NCBI GenBank assembly: GCA_951406725.2 | Contig: OX597820.1 | Span: 15,748,001-15,812,000 of the forward strand | Length of the DNA: 64,000 nt | Origin: Octopus vulgaris | Taxonomy: Eukaryota | Reading direction: 5' to 3' | Part shown: positions 12,580-24,747 of the stretch, piece by piece | Position numbering within the stretch: the first letter of the stretch is position 1 | Layout: the number at the start of each line of letters is the position of its first letter | Made by a program: the position numbers and the translations under genes | Notes under the pieces: model-generated | The model's input: the letters and a program-made list of their open reading frames with translations, nothing else | Database searches by the model: none | What the model was told of the DNA's origin: nothing

Positions 12580-12835
12580 AATGAAGGTTGAAATTGATAT
12601 CAGTCAATTAACATCAATTTCAACCAGTGGCCTAGCATATTTAAAAATCCCTAAGATTTAAAAATATTATTACAATTAAGTAGATGAATGACCACTAAAG
12701 TGGATTCCAAATATACAAAAGATAGACGTCAAATCGCCTTACCACAAAGAATGAGTTCTCAAAAAAAAAAAAATCGCAGCAAAAACGCCAGAATGCAAAA
12801 ATTAGCGAGACAAATGAAAATATACAAAATAAAAC
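12580..12835. repeat. TA-tract-associated repeat family; other copies at 46065-46310 and 63248-63330
   Basis: Shared aattgat...aattaa.atcaattt.aaccagtgg.ctagcatattt.aaaatc block directly after (TA)n in all three. Confidence 0.75.
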
Positions 12836-13366
12836 GTTTTATTAGGAATCCACACACACACACACACACATATTGTGTGTGTTCTCTTTTTGTCTTCTAC
12901 TGCTTGACAACCAGTGTGATGTGGTTACGTACCTGTAACTTAGCAGTTCGGGAAAGGAAACACATAGAATAATTACCAGGCTTAAAAAAATAATGATAAA
13001 TAAATACTGGGGGCGAGTCAGTAATTGCTCAGAGTAGGCAGTTGGTGACGTTTATGTAGAAAAACACATAAAAACATAAGCGAAACACAGGCGCACGACT
13101 GAGTTGAAGACAGATTTGCTTCTGCCTTTATAGCACGTAAAGAAAACGGTGTTGTATGAGTGTACGCAGCACGTGTACTACAGCATTGCTATGCGTAGCT
13201 TAAATACTGAGATTGAAAGGTAGGAGCGAATTATGCCTATGCAGAGTAATCAGAGTAACCTTCATAATTTTATTGAATTAGGTGCATATTTTGCCATAAA
13301 AGGAAAATGTTACCATTGATCTATCTTATTCAACGTAGGCACTTGGCGGCACGTTCCTGATATGTA

Positions 13367-13425
<59 letters not shown>

Positions 13426-13426
13426 A

Positions 13427-13666
13427 AATGCGCCCTTTTAAAGCCTAGCCAGGCTCATGGGCCCGGTTTCCCGGTTTCTATGGCATATGTGTTCCCCAGC
13501 TGGATGGGACGCCAGTCCATCGCAACGTTACTCATTTTTGCCAGCTGAGTGGACTGGAGCAACGTGAAATGAAGTGTTTTGCTCAAGAACGCAACGCGTC
13601 TCCAGGAATCGAAACCACAATCTTACGATCATGATGCTGACACCCTAACCACTAAGCCACGCGCCT

Positions 13667-13668
<2 letters not shown>
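13427..13668 (-). mobile_element. tRNA-derived SINE, family D (CORE-like plus V-domain-like motifs)
   Basis: Minus-strand head ggaggcgcgtggcttagtggttagg, ttgagcaaaacactt, gcgatggactggcgtcccatccag; near-identical copy at 57161-57382. Confidence 0.85.
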
Positions 13669-13709
<41 letters not shown>

Positions 13710-13864
13710 TGCATGTATGTACATATAAATATATACTCTCTCGCACACACACATGTATATAAACTTAAGAGTAGATAAATTTAGATGTTTTGGCCAAAAA
13801 TTGGTCTCCGCTACGTCTAAATAAATAGCTCCGCCTGATAGGATCTATTAAGCAATTTTTAATC

Positions 13865-13947
13865 CAATGGTATGATGGAACATTCAATGGTATGATGGAA
13901 CATTCAATGGTATGATGGAACATTCAATGGTATGATGGAACATTCAA
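13865..13947. repeat. Perfect 20-bp minisatellite, 4 copies (caatggtatgatggaacatt)
   Basis: Read directly from the sequence. Confidence 0.95.
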
Positions 13948-14135
13948 ATGGGGAATTGTTGGAAGAAGATGTAATCAAGTATAGGAGTCTTATCTTGTAT
14001 CTCTTGACGAAAATTGTCGAGACATCATTTGACGGTGATGGGATCTTTTTCTCCTACACGTCTGCGCGCGCGCACACACACACACACACGACGACTTTCT
14101 TTCAGTGTCTGTCTACTTAACGAGGACAAATGTAC

Positions 14136-14321
14136 AGGCGCAGGAGTGGCTGTGTGGTAAGTAGCTTGTTTACCAACCACATGGTTCCGGGTTGAGTCCC
14201 ACTGCGTAGCACCTTGGGCAAGTGTCTTCTACTACAGACTCGGGCCGACCAAAGCCTTGTGAGTGGATTTGGTAGACGGAAACTGAAAGAAGCCCGTCGT
14301 ATATATGTATATATATACATG

Positions 14322-14388
<67 letters not shown>

Positions 14389-14570
14389 TTGTGTGTCTGT
14401 GTTTGTCCCCTAGCATTGCTTGACAACCGATGCTGGTGTGTTTATGTCCCCGTCACTTAGCGGTTCGGCACAAGAGACCGATAGAATAAGTACTGGGCTT
14501 ACAAAGAATAAGTCCTGGGGTCGAGTTGCTCGATTAAAGGCGGTGCTCCAGCAAACAAAACAAGTAAAAA
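14136..14570 (+). mobile_element. SINE family A, near full length, low divergence
   Basis: Complete head, CORE-like motif, internal microsatellite and tail. Confidence 0.9.
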
Positions 14571-15639
14571 AAAAAAAGATACGTATTTCCCTGTTGAAGA
14601 TATGGCTGTGAATTCGAGACTGTTTTGTTCTGTATAATAACAGTTTAATGAATTGCTATAGACAATAAAATAAGCAAGTTCAATTAAATTATTATAAAAA
14701 AATGACATATGTTTGTTGGTTTATCTCTTTAAATTATATCGCATAACTTTATTAGGTCTAATAGAACAGTATTGACAACGAATATCTTATCAACTTAACT
14801 TGTATGTATGTCAGATTATATATACAAACACGTTATGAATTTATCGTTAATGGTGCGCAACTATAAAAGATGACTTCGACTTCATTGATATTATGTCTTA
14901 CTGACATGGGATTTGATACTGAGGAGCGAAAAAAACGAGGGTTACGAGATAATATAATAAAGATTAAAGGAAATGCTAAAGAATATCAATAAGGCAGTGA
15001 ATTAGTTAGTCAATAAAATGCTGACTTTGATTCCTAATTCATCTTCACATTTTCGTATGCACTGGGGATGTTTGGGTAAAAAAAAAAAACATGTTGGTAT
15101 ATTTGTGATGAGAATATTGATATCACGCAGAAATAAAAAGAAACCAACTGGTTTACACACACACACACACTCGCAGATACAAGCACGGCTGTGTGTGTTT
15201 AAGAAGTTCGCTTTGCAAATACGTAGTTTCAAGTTCAGTTCCATGGCGTGACACCGAAACTCATTTTGGATAATTTACAGTTTCTTTGGGATACAAAACG
15301 TTTCGGGCAGATCAAGTTTCACCACTTTGGAATTGTTGATTCTGTAGAACGTAAATCCGGAGCTTTTACTCCAAATAACACCCGCTATTTCGGTTAGCAT
15401 ATCTGTAAATGGGGTAGACATGTGCATACGAGTGAGTAATATTTGTGTATTTTATTTAAAGTTGGAATTTTTTGAGTTGTTATTCTGATTATTCATACGA
15501 TTGAACTAGAGAAGTAGCTTGACAAAATATAAGCAAAAATACTTCGAAATACATAAAATCATAAAAACTTGATTAATCTCCCCATAAAAGTAAAAGTTAT
15601 AATGTATATCACGTGTTCATATCAGAACATGTGGTTTAT

Positions 15640-16040
15640 TCATAATTTCTTTCAATCATTAGACTACGGCCATGCTGGAATACCGCTTTGAAGAATTTTT
15701 AGTCGAACGAATCGATCCCAGTACTTATTTTTTGTAAAGCCTGGTACATATTTCAATCGGTCTCTTTTGTCAAACCTCCAAGTTACAAGGACGTAAACAC
15801 ACCAACAGCGGTTGTCAAGCGGTGGTGGGGACAATCACAGACACAAACACACACAATACCCCCATCCCCACATATGTATACGAATGCCTTCTTTCAGTTT
15901 CCGTTTATTAAATCCGCTCAGAGGGCTTTGTTCGCCCGGAGGCTATAGCGGAAGATATTTGCCCTAGGTGCCAGACAGTGAGATTGAACCCGGAAGCGTG
16001 TGGTTGGGAAGTAAACTTCTTACCGCACAACCACATCAGT
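15640..16040 (-). mobile_element. SINE family A (diverged)
   Basis: Reverse-complement similarity to family A. Confidence 0.8.
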
Positions 16041-16757
16041 GCCTATCGCCACGCCTGCACAAAGTTGGATTTAAACTTCATAGAAGATACAAAACCTAAG
16101 TATATTTAATCTTTTTAGATGTGTTTCTAAATAATTAATTCCAAAGAAATCCCAATAATCTTTAGAAACTTAGTTAATAATATTAGTAAAGCGCATATCT
16201 AGCTTATTCTTTAACAAGAAATCCTTTAACTGTGTTTCTCGATATTATAGTGATACATTAAATAACGTAGATTCAAAGAAACAACGTATTATACACAGAA
16301 CATATCTAATTTGAAAAATTAGTAACAATAGTGAGAAAGAAAAGGCAAAAATAGGAAACAAAATATTACATGATATAATCCCCCATGTACTTTAAATTTT
16401 CGCTCCAATCTTGTCATGATCTTCCAAAATCTTATAAATAAATATTACTAAGATCTTTAATAGAAATTGCATTATATTGAGCTACAGTTGTACAAAAAAA
16501 CTTCGCTGCTTTCATAGGTAATGCAAACACATGAAAACATTTCAATATGAGTATGTAAAACTCGTCGTGTAATTACACTAGCCCTAACATCTGCCCTATC
16601 TATGACATGTGTTTTTGTATACATATGTATTTCTCGAACAATTAAGAGTAAAACGAAATGCTATATAATACTATAAAAGTCTCATTTAAAACGAGACTCT
16701 CAACATATGTACATGTTTGCATTCAGAAACCCCAAGAAAACTCTTCGTGCCTCCTAA

Positions 16758-16832
<75 letters not shown>

Positions 16833-16893
16833 TTACCTATCTATCTATCTATCAGTCTGCCTGTCTGTCTGTCTGTCTGTCTGTGTATGTATG

Positions 16894-16927
<34 letters not shown>

Positions 16928-16943
16928 TGTATGTATCTATCTC

Positions 16944-17006
<63 letters not shown>

Positions 17007-17027
17007 CTGTCTGCTTCTCTCTCTCTC

Positions 17028-17080
<53 letters not shown>

Positions 17081-17542
17081 CCAGGCATTCCTCAGTTCAT
17101 GTTGGTAATTAGTTCCAAGACATACCAACTTTACTCGTAAAACAACGTAATATGAAAAAAAAAAAACCCAAACAATTTGAGATCTCTTTTAGCTTATATC
17201 TGTTTCAATAAATGCTTTGTACATATTTTCACATGTTTGCTTTCCCACTTCAGTTTTGTTTTGTTTTTATTTTATTTTATTTTTTTAATATTTATGTTTT
17301 CACATATGTTTTCCTGAGAACGACGCAAATTCGGATAAATCGACTGAATTTGGGATTTATCTTCTCGTTAATTTCTTAGAAAAAAAAACGACGTAGAGTC
17401 AAAAAAGATGTAACTCGAAACGCATAAGTTGAGTTTTGCCACTGTGCGTGTGAGTGTGCCTGCGTAGGTGGTGTGTATACACACACACACACATACACAC
17501 ACACACACACATATATATATATATGAGATGTGATATATGATA

Positions 17543-18591
17543 TCTATATATATAAAACTGTAGTTGTGTGAGTGTCTGTCCCCTTCGATTTAGATTCCTA
17601 ACTACTCCCACATTTTGCGGTGCAGTTTAACCAAATTCGGGTATCTTATAGTCGTGATTCATATCGAGCCCGTCTGGGTATTAGCGCGCGTCTACGATGA
17701 GTCTACGATTTTAAAAATAATTTAACATAATTTTTTATTCCATTTTAATGCATATTTTTTCGTATGTCGATGGCGGCGGAGTTGGCGTCCACGCTCACAC
17801 CTGCACCTGTGTTGCTTCTCCCCCTTCTTCCCTCCCTCGTGAAGCTGTGGGGAAGGGAGTGTAAGGAAATCAACGTCGTAATGCGTTGTCAAGGAGACCA
17901 GCGTTCTTTTAGAACAACGACTTCATGGCTTGAAGTCGCCAAAACAGAAATCGCTAAAAAAGCTGAAACAGATCCACAAAAGCGGCAAAAACCGCCACAC
18001 AGGGCAGGTTTCCTGTGCAAACAATTTGCACAACCGAATGTTTTAGTTGTTGCACAAATCTTTATATATAAAAGTAAGGTTGTGTGTCTGTCTCCTACGA
18101 TTTAGATTCCTAACTACTCCCACATTTTGCGGTGCAGTGTAACCAAAAGCGGGTATCTTATAGTCGTGATTCATATCGAGCCCTTCTGGGTATTAGCGCG
18201 CGTCTACGATGAGTCTACGATTAAAAAAAAAATTACCATCATTTTTTATTCCATTTTAATGCATTTTTCGCTATTATATAAGGGAAGTAACTCTCTAAAA
18301 ATGTCTACGATGAGTCAACGATTAAAAAAAAAATTACCATCATTTTTTATTCCATTTTTAATGCATTTTTTGCTATTTTTTTGCTATAACTCACTAAAAA
18401 TGCTTATATAGTTATTTCCCTTACAAACCCGAGCAACGCCGGGCGATACTGCTAGTCTTTATATATAAAAGTGAAGTTGTATGTCTGTCTCCTACGATTT
18501 AGATTCCTAACTACTCCCACATTTTGCGGTGCAGTTTAACCAAAAGCGGGTATCTTATAGTCGTGATTCATATCGAGCCCTTCTGGGTATT
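17543..18591 (+). mobile_element. Nested/tandem non-autonomous Helitrons (three 5' ends, one complete unit at 18059-18455)
   Basis: 5' TC(T/A)ATATATAAAA starts at 17543, 18059 and 18456; 3' GC-rich hairpin cccgagcaacgccggg then CTAG at 18452-18455; no TSD. Confidence 0.85.
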
Positions 18592-19652
18592 CTCCCAGAA
18601 CGTCATTGCTCTTGCTCTCCACTAATCCCTTGTTGAATTCCATGGTGCAGCTTCCACCGACAGTATTGCTCGACTGGCCGAGAGCTTATGAATGTTTGGA
18701 GACACTGTATGAGCCAAACATAATGCATTTGTTTTATTTAACAAACGCATTAGGAATTGCTTTCCTATTTAGCCATTTTTCGCTTTCACTTTAGGGATTT
18801 TAATGACGATAAAAAAAATACAGATATGCATTACACATCCTGTATTAACGTTTTCTTTCACTTTCTGGATTTTTAACTAATACGTACATACATACACACA
18901 TAAATACATACATACATACATGCATGCATACATACATACATACATACATACATACATACATACATACATACATACATACAAACATACTTGCATGCATACA
19001 TACATGAATGCATGCATACATACATGCATGCATGCATGCATACATACATACGTAGATACATACATACATACACACATACATACATACATACTTAAAGCTG
19101 TTCAGTTTAATGCCATAAACATCCCTCCATTTACACTAGATTCTTTGTTATTTTTATTTTTAATTTTTAGCAACGACTTCTTGACCCTAAATGTAAACAC
19201 CCCACCCTATTCATTTTAAATGATTTGTGTTTTTATTCTTTAATTTTCTTCCTGATCACATATTCTTCACTTTACCAAATGTGTCCGAATTTCTAGAATC
19301 CCCCGATCAACTTGATACGAAATGAAATAAACTGTAAATGTGGGAACTTGTGAAGCATCTTACGTCACTCGACAAGGCTCTTTTGTATTCTGCGTTGCAT
19401 CAGGTGTATGAAGGCGAAATGATTGTTGTGCTAATAAATGCTTCTAGTGACACTCCGTCTTCCGTTTTCCGTATCAAATCATTCTTGTTAATTTCTTTTC
19501 ATTTTCTCGACTTTTACATTTATAAAATACACATCATCGTTTATTCAATATAATAATTTTCTTCCACTTTCCGATAATCATTTTCTTGCACTGTCTATTA
19601 TTTTATAGGCAGCTATTTTATGTATCTGAATCGATACATACATAATACATAC

Positions 19653-19763
<111 letters not shown>

Positions 19764-19864
19764 ATAACGGGAAGCTTTATGAAAATAAACAAAAGACGAA
19801 GGCAGGTGGAAAACAAACGAACAATTGTATTAGTATGGCGCTCAGGAAATATAAATAAAACAAG

Positions 19865-19902
19865 TCTTTAACGTTTCGAGCCTACGCTCTTCAACAGAAA
19901 GA
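19865..19902 (-). ncRNA. Minimal type I hammerhead-like motif (core CUGUUGA)
   Basis: TCTTT CTGTTGA A GAGC gtag GCTC GAAA CG TT AAAGA: stem I 5 bp, stem II 4 bp, palindromic stem III. Confidence 0.7.
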
Positions 19903-20749
19903 TACACAGAGAGAGAAAAACACAGAAAGAAGGAGAGAAAAAAATGCGTGCAGTAGCTAACGAATCTGATTTCGGCCAGAGGTCAAAGATCAAACATGAG
20001 ACGCGAGAGCGAAATAAGGGGAGATAATAGGGTTGATAAAAGGGTTGAGGGACCAGCTAATAGTGCGTGGGAGGGGTCTGGATGTGTGTATTATAGGGTT
20101 GGTGTATGTATTAGTATGTATAAGGGTGTGTGTGTGTGTGTGTGTGTGTATGAGAGAGTATTAGTGCGTAGGATTGGTCTGGACGTGCGTATGTATGGGG
20201 TTGGTGTATATATTAGTATGTATTAGTATGTATTAGTACGTATTGGTATGTATAGGTGTGTGTGTGTGTGTATGAGAGAGTATAAGTGCGTATGCGGGGT
20301 CTGGACGTGTGTATGTATAGGGTTGGTGTAAGTATTAGTATGTACTAGTATGTATTAGTACGTATTAGTATGTATTAGTTGGTGTGTGTATTAGTATGGC
20401 ACATCATATGTGATGTGATGTGTAAAGTCATGTGGTGTAGTGAGGAGAAGAGGGGGAGGGGGAGAAGAGGGGGAGAGAAGGGGAGGGGAAGAAGAGGGGG
20501 AGGAGAAGGGGGAAGAGGAGAGGATGGGGGAGAAGGAAGGGGAGGAGGGGGATGAAGGAGGAAAGAGGGGAGGGGGAGAGAGAAGGGGAGAGAGGGAGTG
20601 AGGGAGCAGAGGGAAGGGGAAGAGGGAGGGAGAAAGAGGGAAGAAGGGAAGGGGAGTAGGGGTGAAAGGATGAAGGACTGAAGAAGTAGGGGTCGGGGGG
20701 AGAAAGTATAGGTGAGGAGGGGGGAGAGGGGGGTTAGATGAGGAGGGGG

Positions 20750-21614
20750 GAGAGTTGAGACCAAATGGCGTATAAGAACGAAGAGAGAAGATTAATTCCT
20801 GTTCACGGCGCAAACGGGAATCCGGATGGCCTCTGTGTAAGGACAAACCGAACACAGATAGGTGTTGCAAGGAGTGACCGGTGGAGCGGAAATGGCGTGA
20901 GACCGGTGTGTCGTTCGCAAGGTGGATGTCACGAAGGTGTTCCGCGAACCGGCCAGCCAAGCGGCGTCCCGTTTGTCCGATGTACAAGGAATTGCAGAGA
21001 GAGCAAGAGATGCAATAGATAATATTGCTGGAGGTGCAGGTGAAGGAGTGGATGATGGGATAGGGTCGATGGTGGGTGCTAGTGAGGCGGGTGGTGTTGA
21101 AGAGGTAAGGGCAAGTGCGGCAACGTGGGCGGGAGCAGGGGAACGAGCCGGGTTGGGAGGTAGGGTCAGGGAAGGAGCTATGGACCAAAAGGTCTCGAAG
21201 GTTGGAGATAGTGGAAGTGAAGTGGAGGGCTGGATGGAAAGATTGGACGAAAGAGAGGAAGGAATATAGGTGTTCGCGGGAGAGTGAGGTGGCACCGATA
21301 ATGTCGTCAATATAACGACCATATAGTTCAGGAGTGGGACCAGTGAAATTAGAGAATATTTGGGCCTCAACATAGCCAACGAACAGGTTCGCATAGTTGG
21401 GGCCCATTCGCGTTCCCATGGCCACTCCCGAGACCTGATGGTAGAACTCGCCCGCGAACGAGAAGCAGTTCAGAGTAAGGACAAGTTCGGCCAGACGAAT
21501 GAGTGTGGAGGTGTCAGGTACAGGGTTAGAGCGGAGGTCAAGAAAGTGTCGAAGGGCCTGCAGTCCTTCGTGGTGAGGGATAACAGTATAGAGGCTTTGG
21601 ATGTCCATAGTAAA
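20750..21614 (-). pseudogene. PLE reverse transcriptase / GIY-YIG endonuclease fragment (open frame, truncated, internally deleted)
   Basis: MDIQSLYT, GVAMGTRMGPNYANLF, RYIDD (RT); PCSRPRCRTC...FTC (Zn linker); IIYCISCSLC...YIGQT.R.L..RF.EH...RE...I..L....P.GLN (GIY-YIG). Confidence 0.93.
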
Positions 21615-21654
21615 AAGATATATGTATGTATGTATATATACAAAATATATATAC

Positions 21655-21747
<93 letters not shown>

Positions 21748-21907
21748 AAATTTAATTGCGAACATAATATGGCTGTCCTGGAAGGGGCGTTGTTACTGGT
21801 TATTAGCCACAAGAAACACCGTTTCTAGCTGGCTATACGACACATTATCTGTGTCCTTATATTTTAGTACCGGGAATACAGCCTCCCTGCCCAGCACAAA
21901 ACAACGT

Positions 21908-21948
21908 CTGTGGACTAGTTTCAGGCTTATTGCTCTTCATCAACACAG
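21908..21948 (-). ncRNA. Minimal type I hammerhead-like motif with GUC site (core UUGAUGA)
   Basis: CTGTG TTGATGA AG(A)GC aataa GCCT GAAA CTAG TC CACAG. Confidence 0.78.
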
Positions 21949-22239
21949 CGTAGCTGCTTGGCTAGGCGGTGTTGCTGAATTCACGGTTCGAATATATAGA
22001 TTTCAAAGTGACACACAGCCACTCATCTATAAATAGAAATAGTATTATTTCTAACTCTCTGAATGAGAGACATACAGTAACAGTTCTTTGAAGTTAAATT
22101 TAAATGCCAACATGATATGGCTGTCCTTGAAGGGACGTTGTTTTGTACTAGGCGGGGATGCTGAGGGAGAAAACGAAAGAAATAAATACAAGTGTGGTTA
22201 TAAGTAAGTGGGGGTAGAGTTTATGTAGGGGAGAAATCA

Positions 22240-22738
22240 AGAAGAAGAAGAAGAAGAAGAAGAAGAAGAAAGAAGAAGAAGAAGAAGAAGAAGAAAAAGG
22301 AGATGAAGAAGAAAAAGGAGATGGAGAAGAAGAAGAAGAAAAAGGAGATGGAGAAGAAGAAGAAGAAGAAGAAGAAGAAGAGAAGAAGAAGAAGAAGAAG
22401 AAGAAGAAGAAGAAGAAGAAGAAAAAGGAGATGGAGAAGAAGAAGAAGAAGAAAAAGAAGAAGAAGAAGGAGAAGAAGAAGAAGAAGAAGAAGAAGAGGA
22501 AGAAAAAGGAGATGGAGAAGAAGAAGAAAAAGAAGAAGAAGAAGAAGAAGAAGAAGAAGAAGAAGAAGAAGAAGAAGAAGAAGAAGAAGAAGAAGAAGAA
22601 GAAGAAGAAGAAGAAAAGGAGATGGAGAAGAAGAAGAAGAAGAAGAAGAAGAAGAAGAAGAAGAAGAAGAAGAAGAAGAAGAAGAAGAAGAAGAAGAAGA
22701 AGAAGAAGAAGAAGAAGAAGAAGAAGAAGAAGAAGAAG
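22240..22738. repeat. (GAA)n polypurine tract with recurrent aaaggagatggag interruptions
   Basis: Read directly from the sequence. Confidence 0.95.
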
Positions 22739-23316
22739 CCAAACAACATTGATATATTAGGTAGAGCCATATTTAGGAAATTGGTTTATCTGGACGTAGG
22801 CTTGAGGTCGGCCGGTACAAACAATTCTACTGTTAATATTTCTCCTATATATTTCTCCTGACTGATTTTAATTTAAACTCTAAATTCCTAATTTCTGATT
22901 TAACTCTTTAGGACACAACCGACCCTATTGGACCCCCCCCCCTTTAGTTCTTTTTCTTTTTGTATCTCTTCTCCATTGCCTTCACACTCTAAGGTCACAA
23001 ATAGGTCTGCTAGCTGGGAGGTGATTTACGCTATCTTACCACTGACCACACTGCAACCACACCACAAACCTCATCATAATTATCCTCATTGTTTGATTCT
23101 TGGGCAATTGTCAAGTTATCTATTTAATAGTTTTTCTTTTCTTTTTTTTACACTTTCCGTTGTCGTTGGTGATTGTCGTCTGGTGGTCAAATAAATTTTC
23201 ACCCATCAAACGAATCTCGTTAACAGTGGAATCGTTTGTACCTGCTGACCACGAGCCTGCGTCCAGATAAATCGATTTGCTATAAACGGCCTTACCTAAT
23301 TTATTAACGTTGTTTA

Positions 23317-23347
<31 letters not shown>

Positions 23348-23660
23348 CTTCTTCTTCTTCTTCTTCTTCTTCTTCTTCTTCTTCTTCTTCTTCTTCTTCT
23401 TCTTCGTCTTCTTCTTCTTCTTCCTCATCCTCCTTTTTCTTCTTTTTCTTTGTACCTCTTCTCATGATTCCACCCCTACATAATCTCCACCCCACTTACT
23501 CATTCCATAACCATACTTATATTTTTTCGTTTCCTCTCGATAAAAACAAAAACAAACAAAAACCAAAAAAAAAAAAACAAAAGAAAAAAAAACAAAAAAC
23601 AAAACAAGGTCTGTAAGACGTACAATGTGACAACACACCTTTGATGCAAGTCTGATGAAT

Positions 23661-24100
23661 TGACAGCCGATGTTGGTGTGTTTACGTCCCCGTAACTTAG
23701 CGATTCGGTAAAAAAAAAGACCAATAGAATAAGTACAATAAGTACTAGGCTTACAATGAGCAAATTCTGGGGTCAATTTGTTCGACTAAAAGTGGTGCTC
23801 CAGCATGGCCGCAGTGAAATAACTGAAACAAGTAAAAGAATAAAAGAGTATATACGTGCAGACACAAGCACAAATATATGTGTGTGCTATTCTTTTACTC
23901 TTTTACTTGTTTCAGTCATTTGACTGCGGCCATGCTGGAGCACCGCCTTTAGTCGAGCAAATCGACCCCAGGACTTATTCTTTGCAAGCCTAGTACTTAT
24001 TCTATCGGTCTCTTTTTGCCGAACTGCTAAGTTACGGGGACGTAAATACACCAGCATCGGTTGTCAAGCAATGTTGGGGGGGACAAAAACATACACACAA

Positions 24101-24159
<59 letters not shown>

Positions 24160-24327
24160 CATATATATGACGGGATTTTTTCAGTTTCCGTCTACCAAAT
24201 CCACTCACAAGGCTTTGGTCGGCCTGAGGCTATAGTCGAAGACACTTGCCCAAGGTGCCACACAGTGGGACTGAACCCAGAACCATGTAGTCGGTAAGCA
24301 AGCTACTTACCACACAGCCACTCCTAT
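23661..24327. mobile_element. Tail-to-tail pair of SINE family A copies (+ 23661-23848; - 23891-24327)
   Basis: Family A tail followed about 45 nt later by its reverse complement. Confidence 0.88.
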
Positions 24328-24534
24328 GCCTATTGGCGACTCCTACGCCTATAAAAGGATGAAATGCAAAGTACACCTCAGTGGAATTTGAACTCAGAAT
24401 GTAGACACAAAATGCCACAAAGCATTTTATCCAGTGTGCTAACAATTCTGCCAGCTCACCATCTTATGTGTGTGTATTTTGTGCATCTTTGTGTTTCACC
24501 GGTGTCCTTTCATTTGCTTTTATTTCTTCTACAG

Positions 24535-24747
24535 AGAAGAAAAGCAGACAAATAGAAAATCGCAGCGACAGGTTATACTCGTATCAGCTGTTTCTGGAAA
24601 TCCCTGCGATTTCAGCTCTTCAGCAATAATATCGCTAATTCCAGTGTGTCAGCAGATTCAGGAGTAACTGCTATTAAGGAATGGCAACAAACGATAGCTA
24701 TAATGAAACATGGGACAACGATACGTGTGTACCGTATCTCGAGACAG
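24535..24747 (+). other. Candidate host exon: 5'UTR plus start codon 24681, MATNDSYNETWDNDTCVPYLET
   Basis: Non-repetitive; strong acceptor tcctttcatttgcttttatttcttctacag; first ATG in good context; possible donor CAG/gtcaac; no downstream exon found. Confidence 0.3.

Larger units (their letters stand above)
19765..21614 (-). mobile_element. Penelope-like retroelement (Neptune-type), 5'-truncated, between (TA)n tracts
   Basis: RT plus Cys-rich linker plus GIY-YIG ORF, pyrimidine-rich 3' region, then a pLTR-like tail with a hammerhead-like motif. Confidence 0.9.

Noticed and set aside
13865-13947. 20-bp direct repeats as a CRISPR array
   Set aside because: No spacers, no cas genes, eukaryotic context; a plain minisatellite
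20391-21812. 473-aa ORF as an intact protein
   Set aside because: The N-terminus reads through (TA)n and the C-terminus through a polypyrimidine tract; only about 20750-21614 is genuine, and it is truncated
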